DNA of 64,000 nt from the IMG/VR virus record IMGVR_UViG_3300025288_000013, positions 32,001-96,000 of that record, one strand, 5' to 3'. Below the pieces are notes generated by a model, which was not told where the DNA came from, searched no databases, and saw nothing but the letters and a program-made list of their open reading frames with translations. The DNA is from a virus. A program made the translations under genes and the position numbers. Below are positions 1-9,256 of the stretch, in pieces (within the stretch, counting starts at the first letter, position 1; each line of letters opens with the position of its first letter).

Positions 1-833
1 CCATCTATGTAATTATAATCAACAACAATTATCTCGTCCTGATCATAATAATTTTGTTTATATTGCCATATCTTCCTTTTTGGGTTATCATCATATCTAC
101 CCTCTTTTAAGTAAATTACGTTTAATTTTTTGATACTATCTATACCAACAACAACAACACTATCATATTCAGCTTTTTCGTTTTCTTTGTCATAGCCAGT
201 CATTATAGTTTTATATTTTACACTTTCAAGAAGTTTAATTTTTTTTATTGAAGCGTTTTTGCTTTCAAACAATTTTTTTCTATTTGTCTTGTCTTTATTT
301 AAATCTATATCTACTAATTTCAGATGTTCTTTCGTTTTCTCTATCTCTTTTTCTATCTCTGATTTCTTTCTGTATTGAAATTTTATTCTATAGGCAAGTT
401 TACCATAACATGACCATTCAAAAAATCTTGACCATGCCTCTATATGATTGTCGAACCCAAGAAGAGATAATACCTTTTTGTCACTTTCTATTATTGTTTT
501 TTCTATTGATTCGCTAACCCCAGACACGCCCAATTCATAGAATCTTCCACTTGTGTCAGGAACAATGGCATTATCACACAATTTTTCTATTGTATCTTTT
601 AATTCGTTGTTCAAATCCACTTGTTTTCTTATATAATCATACTTTTCATCAACATTCATATCATGTGTATCATCATTCATGACATCTTGTGTATCATCAT
701 ACAATTCGTCATCATCAAGTTCTCTATCCATGCTGCTGCCAGACATTTTTGATACGGCACGTGAGTTATTGTTCAGCCTGCTCTTTGAAATCAATTTTGT
801 TGTGGAAATTCTGTTGTAATAATTATAGATCAT
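1..833 (-). CDS. portal protein, T4 gp20-like (5' part; runs off the left edge of the window)
   Basis: Manually translated ORF from ATG at 833, open to base 1 and absent from the ORF track. ELKDTIEKLCDNAIVPD and VLSLLGFDNHIEAWSRFFEWSCYGKLAYRI resemble the gp20 N-terminal pattern. A late-type box lies at 872-879. Confidence 0.65.
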   Translation of the reverse strand, partial: MIYNYYNRISTTKLISKSRLNNNSRAVSKMSGSSMDRELDDDELYDDTQDVMNDDTHDMNVDEKYDYIRKQVDLNNELKDTIEKLCDNAIVPDTSGRFYELGVSGVSESIEKTIIESDKKVLSLLGFDNHIEAWSRFFEWSCYGKLAYRIKFQYRKKSEIEKEIEKTKEHLKLVDIDLNKDKTNRKKLFESKNASIKKIKLLESVKYKTIMTGYDKENEKAEYDSVVVVGIDSIKKLNVIYLKEGRYDDNPKRKIWQYKQNYYDQDEIIVVDYNYID

Positions 834-897
834 AATGTTTGTGTGTATGTTGATACATAAATAATAAAATATATTTATTAGTTTTTGTTACAACAAG

Positions 898-1638
898 ATG
901 GAAGTACTAAAAGGCACAATTGTTAAAATAAGCGATGACACGTTTTCTGGTATCATAAAATGTAGGATCAATGGGTTGTACAACAGTGAATCAATAGGAA
1001 ACATAAGCGACAATGATTTGCCAAACATATACCCAATGTACTCACCCAACCAAAATTCTTTTTATACGCCAAAATTGGGTGATGAGGTATATGTTGTTAT
1101 GGATAGGGATAACAAGTATTCTGGGTTGTGGTTCGCTAAATCAAAATTAACAGAATATCTTAAAAACAAATTGAGCAGTGATTATGAGGGATTTAAATCA
1201 ATAGTTGTGGACGAAGAAGAAAAATTAGAAATATATTATTCGAGGGGGGATGGCGTTATTATAAAATTGGATAAAACATTTATAAACATAAAAAACAACG
1301 AAATTGTTTCCACAAACGAAAATAGGACTCTTCATATAAAAGACGACATGATATCTCTTGGTACATTAGACATATCCGCAGAACCATGTACTCTTGGCAA
1401 TAAAAATGTGGATGCTTTAAATGAAATTTCTGATGAAGTAATAAGTTTTGCTGATGAAGTAATAAAGTATTGTTTAGCACAAAAATCTGTAACATCGTCA
1501 ATAGCGTATTTAGCTCCATTAAATGCTGGGTATTTGCCATTAGAACTTGGAGCAACTCTAATAAAAAATATAATAGAGAACAAAATAAAATCAGTAACGA
1601 TACCAAAAACTTTAAGTGAATTAACGTCTTTGGATTAA
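898..1638 (+). CDS. baseplate hub/spike, gp5/VgrG OB-fold protein
   Basis: GTIVKISDDTFSGIIKCRINGL...DLPNIYP...FYTPKLGDEVYVV matches the gp5 OB-fold pattern, followed by beta-rich repeats. Confidence 0.75.
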   Translation: MEVLKGTIVKISDDTFSGIIKCRINGLYNSESIGNISDNDLPNIYPMYSPNQNSFYTPKLGDEVYVVMDRDNKYSGLWFAKSKLTEYLKNKLSSDYEGFKSIVVDEEEKLEIYYSRGDGVIIKLDKTFINIKNNEIVSTNENRTLHIKDDMISLGTLDISAEPCTLGNKNVDALNEISDEVISFADEVIKYCLAQKSVTSSIAYLAPLNAGYLPLELGATLIKNIIENKIKSVTIPKTLSELTSLD

Positions 1639-2024
1639 GGAGTATCTTTTTTTATATACTTCATAATTTCTTCAGACAATTTTATTGACGGTCTATCGTC
1701 ACCACTATTTTGTGAAGCAAACCCCCCAGCTGCATTTTTAAATATACCATTGTTTCTTATGGGGTTGTTTTCATCATTATATGGTTTGTTACTATTTTCA
1801 CGTATGGCAAAAGCCGCTCTAATGTATTCATCTATAATGGTTGACATAGAATCATGTATAAGTTCAGAAAATTTTGTGCCAAATCTGACAGACATTCTTG
1901 TTATATGGTGTTCTGGCTTACCAATTGTATATGGCGTTTTCATGGCAAATTCAAACGCTTCCCTTGAACTTTTGTCCACAACAGATTTTATATTAATTGA
2001 TAGTTTGTTTTTGTCTAATCCCAT
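1635..2024 (-). CDS. hypothetical protein
   Basis: ORF tightly packed in a minus-strand operon. Confidence 0.6.
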   Translation of the reverse strand: MGLDKNKLSINIKSVVDKSSREAFEFAMKTPYTIGKPEHHITRMSVRFGTKFSELIHDSMSTIIDEYIRAAFAIRENSNKPYNDENNPIRNNGIFKNAAGGFASQNSGDDRPSIKLSEEIMKYIKKDTP

Positions 2025-2351
2025 TTATTTTATTTTATATATAACATCTGATATAACATAATATGTTTTGTCTATCTTTATATGAGTAGGTATTATCAAT
2101 TCATTGTATATGACAACCACAACATTTTTTTGTTTTTCATCAGAATATTCATGTATTATCATTTTCTTTTGTTTGTTTTCTTTTGTAAATGAAGAAAAAA
2201 TAAAAAAAGATTGTTCTCCAAACAAATTTAATGTATCATTTGATACCACTATGCTGCCACCATCTGTCACATAGGTAACGTCATCTGTTTGTTGGGAAAA
2301 TAGCTGTGAGGAAATTATGAGTGTTGAAATTAATGTTATTATTTTTTTCAT
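2025..2351 (-). CDS. hypothetical secreted protein
   Basis: Signal-peptide-like N-terminus MKKIITLISTLIISSQLFSQ. Confidence 0.6.
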   Translation of the reverse strand: MKKIITLISTLIISSQLFSQQTDDVTYVTDGGSIVVSNDTLNLFGEQSFFIFSSFTKENKQKKMIIHEYSDEKQKNVVVVIYNELIIPTHIKIDKTYYVISDVIYKIK

Positions 2352-2812
2352 AAAAATTCTGGGGGTTTATAATTTATGCTTTTTAATATTTTATGATCTG
2401 ACACCCTATATATAACATAGATATTGTGCTTTTCATTAAACCTATAATAAGTTTTTATACCATCTAAACCATATTTATTAACTGATTCAATGGCTTCATC
2501 TATGGTTTTACAAAATTTTGACATATTGCTTTTGTGGACTTTTTCCAGATCTCCAAAAACCATATCAGCTATACCTCTTTCGTGTGCGAAACCAATGATA
2601 ACATATATTAAATCAGCTATGGCATCTCTTTGTTCAATATGATTGTTATTTATTGTCGCCATTGATAATTCGAAAAATTCTTCTTCTATCAAGTCAAGTC
2701 TAAGATTTGTTCTTTCTTCTGACATGTCTGTCAATTTATTGGAAATTGGTTGTTCACCACATTCCATGAATTCTCTTACCATACTAATTAGTTTGTTCAT
2801 TTTATTATTCAA
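2348..2812 (-). CDS. MazG-like / DR2231-type NTP pyrophosphohydrolase
   Basis: LRLDLIEEEFFEL...DAIADLIYVIIG...VHKSNMSK motifs. Confidence 0.8.
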   Translation of the reverse strand: MNNKMNKLISMVREFMECGEQPISNKLTDMSEERTNLRLDLIEEEFFELSMATINNNHIEQRDAIADLIYVIIGFAHERGIADMVFGDLEKVHKSNMSKFCKTIDEAIESVNKYGLDGIKTYYRFNEKHNIYVIYRVSDHKILKSINYKPPEFL

Positions 2813-3161
2813 TTATGTTTATGTGGAGTTCATTTTTTATAAATTTGAACCCTATTTCTAAAAATTCTGTTGATATATTAAATCTCCTTTTTGTTTCAGA
2901 TAAACCCAAGAGAGATATATGGTTTAATAACAATGGATATGTAGTCATGTTTGTCCTTTTATACCCATTTTTTGTTTTACACGCAATAATTATAGATTCT
3001 ATCAGATTACTGTTTTCACACAAGTTCGATTTGAAAAATTTTTTGTCCCATTGTGGCAACAATGATGGTGTGTGACATTCGCCCACAACATCTTTTAATT
3101 CCAGTGCCATTATTGGGTGCTCTTTTTTTACCACATTATAATCATATAATTTCATAATCAA
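2805..3161 (-). CDS. hypothetical protein
   Basis: Operon packing with overlapping neighbours. Confidence 0.55.
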   Translation of the reverse strand: MIMKLYDYNVVKKEHPIMALELKDVVGECHTPSLLPQWDKKFFKSNLCENSNLIESIIIACKTKNGYKRTNMTTYPLLLNHISLLGLSETKRRFNISTEFLEIGFKFIKNELHINIIE

Positions 3162-3628
3162 AATTTTAGTTTTATGTTACGCAATATTATCGCATAATCG
3201 CTATTTTCTGGACAATAACCCCTTTTCAACAAATAATCCAAATAATCTTCGCCATTTTTTATGGGTCTATAATTTTGCCATAATTTATAATCATCTATAC
3301 TTTCTTTCCAAGAGTTATATATAGAGTGATTATCGTTAGTCTTTCCTATTGAAGTTGTTTCTCTTAATTTTGGTACTTTCATGCCAAACAAATTGTTATA
3401 TTTTAAACATTTCTTGCTTTTTAAGTGACCTGTTTCCAACATGATTTGTTTCCAAATTATATCTGGGTTATCAAAATTTTGTTTGCAATATTCATAAACA
3501 TTTTTCTTTGTTAATTCGTTATCGATTTTATTTTCGACAACCACAAACGATTCTGTTTTAGCATCAATTGATCCAACGCTGTTCAATAAAAAGGTGGTGA
3601 TTAGTAATAGAATTACCATTTTTTTCAT
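3158..3628 (-). CDS. secreted glucosaminidase (GH73-like) peptidoglycan hydrolase
   Basis: Signal peptide; QIMLETG, NNLFGMK, YNSWKESIDDY and GY motifs. Confidence 0.8.
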   Translation of the reverse strand: MKKMVILLLITTFLLNSVGSIDAKTESFVVVENKIDNELTKKNVYEYCKQNFDNPDIIWKQIMLETGHLKSKKCLKYNNLFGMKVPKLRETTSIGKTNDNHSIYNSWKESIDDYKLWQNYRPIKNGEDYLDYLLKRGYCPENSDYAIILRNIKLKF

Positions 3629-3654
3629 AACTTGGAGCTTTTATTAAAAAATAA

Positions 3655-3682
3655 TAAACCCACTTATGTTCATCTTGTTACA
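3655..3682 (-). promoter_or_regulatory. ECF-type promoter TGTAACAA-N15-GTTTA
   Basis: TGTAACAA gatgaacataagtgg GTTTAT upstream of 3628. Confidence 0.75.
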
Positions 3683-3697
3683 TTACAAATATATGTT

Positions 3698-3745
3698 TTT
3701 TTTATTATATGTCGCCTATTTTATAGGGTTGCATTTGTGACAGTT
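3698..3745. repeat. 48-bp direct repeat, copy 1 (38-bp core TATGTCGCCTATTTTATAGGGTTGCATTTGTGACAGTT)
   Basis: Identical to 6481-6528; the core also occurs at 62486-62523. Confidence 0.95.
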
Positions 3746-6443
3746 AAACTATGTCGTTGCTGTTCTTGACTTTTATTGTTTTATTTAACCTTTGGTTTAT
3801 TTTTTCCAAAGACGAACCATTGTCGGAAACAGACGAATTTATATTCGTCAAAAGAGTTGACAAATTTTCTATGGCTGACAGAAGTTTAGTGCTGCCATTG
3901 GCGTCACCATTGTCTGAAACCAACGGTTGATCTGACGGTTGATCTGACGGTGCTTTGTCCACTTCTGGTATGTTTATACCATTAACAGAGCCAATCACTT
4001 CGTGTGTTACTTCGTTTATGTTTTTGTTTTGTAATTCTAATGATTTGACCCCACCAAGATTTTCCATAGCCGATGTTAGTAAATCAAATTTTTCTATGGT
4101 ATCTTTATCAAGTGTATTCAAAACAGATATGGTTTCACCAAGATTTTTGTTGAACAGCGGTAAACTTTTTGAAAACTTTGATAATGGATCAGCCATCATT
4201 TTCAATTTTACTATTGATTCGATCTCGATCAATTTCAAGCCATTCTGTAGACCAGCAAACATATAACTTATTGATAAGCCCAAATCCTTTGCATCGCTGC
4301 CTGTTTCAGATGAAGATGATAATGATGATATCAAATCAGATACAGTTTTTAGTGGGGCTGATAAATCATTAACCAAACCTATGCCCTTTTCTATGTCACC
4401 ACCACCCCAATCAAAGAATCCATCTGTTTCAGAATCAGCCCTACCAACAGATGCAAACAATGATGGTATAACATCTAAAATTGATGCTATGTTTGTTCTA
4501 ACTGTGCCTATATCAAAATCAATAACTTGCCAGGCTTTTATGCCATCTGCCAAGTCTATCAAATTTTTTCCTAAACCCATTGTAGAACTTATACCCTTTT
4601 CTACATCGCCTTGACCCCAACCAAAAAAACTTTCACCTGCTTCATCTTCTCTGCCAACAGATGCAAACAATGATGGTATAACATCTAAAATAGATTTAAC
4701 ATTTGTTCTAACCAAATTTATATCAAAATCGATGGTTTCCCACGCCTTTATGCCGTCTGCTAATTTTATCAGGTTTTCACCCATATCCATTGTAGAACTT
4801 ATACCCTTTTCTACATCGCCTTGACCCCAACCAAAAAATCCTTCGCCAGCTTCATCGCTTTTGCCAATTTCTGAAAATATGAATGGCAACGTGTTTAACA
4901 CCGTTGATACGTTGTCTTTAACTAATTCGATATCAAATGTTAAACTCTCCCATGCCTTTATGCCGTCTGCTAATTTGTGCAAATTCTCGCCCAAATCCAT
5001 AGTCGCATCTATACCATCTTCAACATCATCCCAATCAATCCCATCCTGTGAAAAAGCTTCAGCAAACGAACTTATCGAATAATTAAATTCGTCTGCATTT
5101 TCTCTTGACCACCCACCAGCATCTTTGTATGTTTCCATACCATAACCAAGAGTGGATAAAGCTAAAGCCATTGATAATATGGCTGGTATTTTAAATGGTA
5201 TTGTTAGTGTATCCTTTAGACTTATCTGATTAAATCCACCCGTTATACCAGATATTATGTTAGAAAATTTGTCCCCCTCAAAATCGCCAACCTCATTTAA
5301 TTTTTTTAATCCAAATGATAGTGGTATCAAAGAAGCACCAACCGCAGCGAACGCCAAAGCACCCAATACCATAAACCCAGCCACCACCGGTATACCAGCT
5401 AATGCATATACACCACCAAGTGCAGTTAACATAATTGGTAGTTTCCACAGCATATCACTATTGTCTTTCATAACGTCTGAAATTGTTTGTAGTGGTGACG
5501 ATATTATCCACAAAGATATACCAATTGCAGCAAATGCCAGTGACCCAAGCAATATGTTTTTTGCAAATTCTCCTGCTATACCAAAAATAATGGCTGTGCC
5601 ACCAAGTGCCAACGCTAATAATCCCAAGTTAGCCAATCCAACGTCTGCCACATTGTTGGACGATATACCTAACATATAGCTAAAAGCCAATAATGATAAT
5701 CCCATACCAAACACTGAAAGCGATCCTTTATTTATGTTATCATTGTGTTCCCCAATCAATGAAAAAACTATGGCTGACAACGCCATAAAACCAAATGCAG
5801 CCATAAGTCCGATTATACCACTACCAGACAAAGTTGTACCAAGTATTAGTGCAGATAGCCCCAAAGAGCCACTAAATGCCAGTAAACCTATACCAACACT
5901 TTTTAGTGCATCACCACCCCTATCCATACTATCCAATGTTTCTGGCGTTAGAAAAGAAAAAGCTTTTGATAATGACCACATTATTGGTATTAATAAAAAT
6001 GAACCAATAGCAGAAATGGATAATAGGGGTGTTGCGATACCTATTAGTGCAGCAGTACCCAATATACCTTTCGTTGCTGTTGATAAATCATTTAGCGATT
6101 GTATCTTGTCTTTGTCCAAATCAACCTTGTTTATAGCGTTGCTTATTGATGATATTGTAGAAGTTAATGATTCTGAATTTACAGAGAGTGATTTTGAATC
6201 TATGTCGCTTATTGATTTAACTAAATCTATTATTGATTTACTTTTTTCCTTGTCTAAACCATTTATAGATTCTATCATAGATTCTACTGAACCCGATGAA
6301 AGCGGTGAACCAACTTGACTTGGTTGGCTGCCCTGTGGTTGTTCGTTTGGTTTAGAAGACACGAATTGTTCAAGAATATTATTTAACGCATCATTTGTTT
6401 TTGATGTTTCTTCAACAATTCTTTCTAATAAGTCTATATACAT
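3744..6443 (-). CDS. tape-measure-like protein with a hydrophobic Gly/Ala-rich segment and 70-aa repeats
   Basis: 899 aa; 210-nt periodic repeats at 4381, 4591, 4801 and 5011; Trp/Phe-spaced helical repeats. Confidence 0.55.
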   Translation of the reverse strand: MYIDLLERIVEETSKTNDALNNILEQFVSSKPNEQPQGSQPSQVGSPLSSGSVESMIESINGLDKEKSKSIIDLVKSISDIDSKSLSVNSESLTSTISSISNAINKVDLDKDKIQSLNDLSTATKGILGTAALIGIATPLLSISAIGSFLLIPIMWSLSKAFSFLTPETLDSMDRGGDALKSVGIGLLAFSGSLGLSALILGTTLSGSGIIGLMAAFGFMALSAIVFSLIGEHNDNINKGSLSVFGMGLSLLAFSYMLGISSNNVADVGLANLGLLALALGGTAIIFGIAGEFAKNILLGSLAFAAIGISLWIISSPLQTISDVMKDNSDMLWKLPIMLTALGGVYALAGIPVVAGFMVLGALAFAAVGASLIPLSFGLKKLNEVGDFEGDKFSNIISGITGGFNQISLKDTLTIPFKIPAILSMALALSTLGYGMETYKDAGGWSRENADEFNYSISSFAEAFSQDGIDWDDVEDGIDATMDLGENLHKLADGIKAWESLTFDIELVKDNVSTVLNTLPFIFSEIGKSDEAGEGFFGWGQGDVEKGISSTMDMGENLIKLADGIKAWETIDFDINLVRTNVKSILDVIPSLFASVGREDEAGESFFGWGQGDVEKGISSTMGLGKNLIDLADGIKAWQVIDFDIGTVRTNIASILDVIPSLFASVGRADSETDGFFDWGGGDIEKGIGLVNDLSAPLKTVSDLISSLSSSSETGSDAKDLGLSISYMFAGLQNGLKLIEIESIVKLKMMADPLSKFSKSLPLFNKNLGETISVLNTLDKDTIEKFDLLTSAMENLGGVKSLELQNKNINEVTHEVIGSVNGINIPEVDKAPSDQPSDQPLVSDNGDANGSTKLLSAIENLSTLLTNINSSVSDNGSSLEKINQRLNKTIKVKNSNDIV

Positions 6444-6480
6444 TCTTATCTTTTGATTATATATTCATATGTGCTTTATG

Positions 6481-6528
6481 TTTTTTATTATATGTCGCCT
6501 ATTTTATAGGGTTGCATTTGTGACAGTT
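6481..6528. repeat. 48-bp direct repeat, copy 2
   Basis: Identical to 3698-3745. Confidence 0.95.
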
Positions 6529-6556
6529 CAACTACAAAAACCATAAACAAACATGG

Positions 6557-6584
6557 TGTAACAAGATTATTTATAAAATGTTTA
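6557..6584 (+). promoter_or_regulatory. ECF-type promoter TGTAACAA-N15-GTTTA
   Basis: TGTAACAA gattatttataaaat GTTTAT upstream of the guanylate kinase gene. Confidence 0.75.
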
Positions 6585-6602
6585 TACTAACAAAATTGTA
6601 GC

Positions 6603-7262
6603 ATGATAAAAAAAGAAAAAATAAGATTTGGTCTTGAAAGAATAACCAATACGCATTGTTTTATAAAAACTTATATAAATGGCGTTATAGAATATGCAAA
6701 TGTTTCTGATGGTATTTCTAGTGGGTTCAACTTTATACCAGAGGAAGAGTATGATACAATAAATCACTATTTTGTTGAAAAGAAAATTGTTCTTGTTGGC
6801 GGAGGTGCTTGTGGTAAGGATTATTACAAAGATTATATGATTGGCGTTGGGTTGATACCGGACATATCGTACACAACAAGACAAAAAAGACAAAAAGAAG
6901 TTGATGGAGTATCATATAATTATATATCAAGAGAAAAATTTGAAAGCATGATTGTTGGAGCAGAATTTTTGCAATGGAACAAATTTGGAAATGACAATTA
7001 TTATGGTACTACAAAAGAATCATTTAAAAGCAGTGATATCTTTATAATGACACCAAATGTTCTTAATTGTATGGATAACAGTGTTAGAGAAAAATTTTTT
7101 GTCATATTTTTCGACATAGACGAAGGCTTAAGAAGAGAGAGGCTTAAGAAGAGAGGTTATTCAGATAAAGATTGTGAAAAAAGATTTGATATAGATAAAA
7201 AAACCTTTGATAATTTTAATAGCTTTGATATGGTTGTAACAAATCCAAATTTTATACCTTAG
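6603..7262 (+). CDS. gmk: guanylate kinase-like protein
   Basis: P-loop GGGACGKD; SYTTRQKRQKEVDGVSYNYIS; YYGT. Confidence 0.85.
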   Translation: MIKKEKIRFGLERITNTHCFIKTYINGVIEYANVSDGISSGFNFIPEEEYDTINHYFVEKKIVLVGGGACGKDYYKDYMIGVGLIPDISYTTRQKRQKEVDGVSYNYISREKFESMIVGAEFLQWNKFGNDNYYGTTKESFKSSDIFIMTPNVLNCMDNSVREKFFVIFFDIDEGLRRERLKKRGYSDKDCEKRFDIDKKTFDNFNSFDMVVTNPNFIP

Positions 7263-8737
7263 TCTGGCTTGAAATTAGATTCTATTGCTCTTGGGTTATT
7301 ATTTATGTCTTGTGCATCGTCTATTATATAAGCTAAACTTGGTTTTTCAACCATCGTTTTGCTCATTAATCTTGCTGTTATTTCTTTTGGCACCACCTTT
7401 TTGAAAATTCTTATCATACCTATATCGTGGTCACCAAACATCAGGCTAACACTACCAAGTTCTATTGTTTTTGGTCTAATTATGTTATCATCATATGTGA
7501 TCTGTTTAAAAACATTCTCTACTTTTTCCAGTATTTGTATAGAATTCAAGTGATCCGATATGTTTATTGCTACATAAATTTTTTTGTCGTTTGGTATAAT
7601 TATGTTTGTATTTCTACCGAAAATTACCATTTTGTTGTCAATGATTTCTATATAACCATTGCCTATTTTTATCAACCTCGTATCAGAGTAAATTCTTGTG
7701 TGGAAAACAATACCAAATTCTTTATTTGTTATTTTATTTATATACTTAACAGATTCACCATCACCACCAAACATTGTGTACCCATCAGAATTAAACACAA
7801 CACCCTCAATGACTTCTTCTCTACTCATATCTCTATATATTTGTGGTGACATGTTTTGTCTTAAGTTTATGTGGTCTTCTTCTTCATTGTTGAACTCCTC
7901 TCTGAATATATCATCATCTATATCAATATTCTCATGTAACCCATCGTTTTTGTTCAGAACTGATTTGTCATCGACATAATTCCCAAAAGTGAGATTCCAA
8001 AATGTTGGTTTGCCATTTATTCCTCTTTGTAAAATTGAACTCTCAACAACATACATACTGTTTGTTTGTTTTATATATATATAATCACCATCAAATGGTT
8101 TTTCACCATTACCAAAAATTGATTGGAAGTAATAATAGTCAATTTGTGCATCAAAGGTGTTGAACTCTGCCCCCCACTCACTTATAACTATTTCATCTAT
8201 TTTTGGTAATTCGTTGTCTTCTGTTATTAAATTTAGCTCTTTTTGTTCCACAAATTCTTTTTCTGCGTACTCTTTAAATCTATTATCTTGCGACATTGGC
8301 TTTATTCTGTTATATAGAACACATGTTATACCGTCATTAGCATTTATAAAGGAGTTTAAGTCCCTTTCTATTTTTTCTGCCAGAATGCCAAATTTGTGTA
8401 ATCCTATATTGTTTGTAAATTTAAAATCACTGAATTCTTTTGTCGGTAAGACATTTTTATATTTTATGATAAACCCAATAATTTTATCAACATTTGATGT
8501 GTTTTTTATGTAGAGTTTTATGCTATCTGGCGAACCGATTGAGTTTATTTTGTCTATGTTATTTTCTTTAGATATTTTGTTGTTTGTTGTTTCAGAAAAT
8601 GTGAATAATATATCATTATCATAACCATCTGTGAACTTTATGTTGAAATCAGTGATACTGAAATCAAACTTTATATTAATGGTTTCAAGTCTGTTTGGAC
8701 CAATTGTTATTTCTTTTGTTATTATTTCTATATCCAT
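7259..8737 (-). CDS. neck protein, T4 gp14-like, with extra domains (start probably 8737; ORF track starts at 8758)
   Basis: SEWGAEFNTFDAQID...GEKPFDGDYIYIKQTNSMYVVE resembles gp14 (FG...P.EGDLIYF...LFEI); late box at 8777-8784. Confidence 0.55.
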   Translation of the reverse strand: MDIEIITKEITIGPNRLETINIKFDFSITDFNIKFTDGYDNDILFTFSETTNNKISKENNIDKINSIGSPDSIKLYIKNTSNVDKIIGFIIKYKNVLPTKEFSDFKFTNNIGLHKFGILAEKIERDLNSFINANDGITCVLYNRIKPMSQDNRFKEYAEKEFVEQKELNLITEDNELPKIDEIVISEWGAEFNTFDAQIDYYYFQSIFGNGEKPFDGDYIYIKQTNSMYVVESSILQRGINGKPTFWNLTFGNYVDDKSVLNKNDGLHENIDIDDDIFREEFNNEEEDHINLRQNMSPQIYRDMSREEVIEGVVFNSDGYTMFGGDGESVKYINKITNKEFGIVFHTRIYSDTRLIKIGNGYIEIIDNKMVIFGRNTNIIIPNDKKIYVAINISDHLNSIQILEKVENVFKQITYDDNIIRPKTIELGSVSLMFGDHDIGMIRIFKKVVPKEITARLMSKTMVEKPSLAYIIDDAQDINNNPRAIESNFKPD

Positions 8738-8740
8738 TTT

Positions 8741-8768
8741 TGTAACAAAATAAATCATTTACAGTTAA
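8741..8768 (+). promoter_or_regulatory. ECF-type promoter (variant -10 GTTAA)
   Basis: TGTAACAA aataaatcatttaca GTTAAT upstream of 8786. Confidence 0.55.
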
Positions 8769-8785
8769 TGTAAAAATTATTTATT

Positions 8786-9238
8786 ATGGAATTTACAAAA
8801 ATTATGTTTTACATAAATTTGCTTGGACAAATACAGACATATAGACTTGCTCGTGAAATATTAAAACAATCATATGAAAATGTGGGAATGTTTGATTATT
8901 ACAAACTAATTGATAACAATGGCAGAAAAATAGAGAACCCTGTCATAACCAACAACAACATAAAACTTATGTTACCAATACCAGATGACATAAGGGATGA
9001 AAAAACAATTGATATCTACATAAACGATCAAAAACAAATAATAGACGTTCTCATATACGAGGCTGGTGTCGGTTCTATGTTTTATATAACTTTTGATAAC
9101 ATGTTCACAGAAGATGATGAAAAATTGGTTGTTGTTATAAATTATAAATTAGAAATGAAAAATCTGTTGATTTCCACTCTTCTGTGGATTTTTATTCTTT
9201 TGTCTTTCCTTGCTGAATCTATGTTATATTTTAAATAA
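8786..9238 (+). CDS. hypothetical protein with C-terminal transmembrane helix
   Basis: ORF with hydrophobic C-terminus. Confidence 0.6.
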   Translation: MEFTKIMFYINLLGQIQTYRLAREILKQSYENVGMFDYYKLIDNNGRKIENPVITNNNIKLMLPIPDDIRDEKTIDIYINDQKQIIDVLIYEAGVGSMFYITFDNMFTEDDEKLVVVINYKLEMKNLLISTLLWIFILLSFLAESMLYFK

Positions 9239-9256
9239 ATAACATAAATTCTATTT

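Noticed and set aside
248-517. Plus-strand hydrophobic ORF and the many similar antisense ORFs in the track (for example 3955-6318, 29369-32764, 36560-38804, 51930-52373, 62363-62578)
   Set aside because: Most are shadow frames of longer genuine genes on the opposite strand; the rest overlap RNA or regulatory elements. None has recognisable motifs or promoters.
865-892. ECF-type promoter upstream of the portal
   Set aside because: TGTAACAA is present but the position after N15 reads TTTTAT, lacking the conserved G; not counted.
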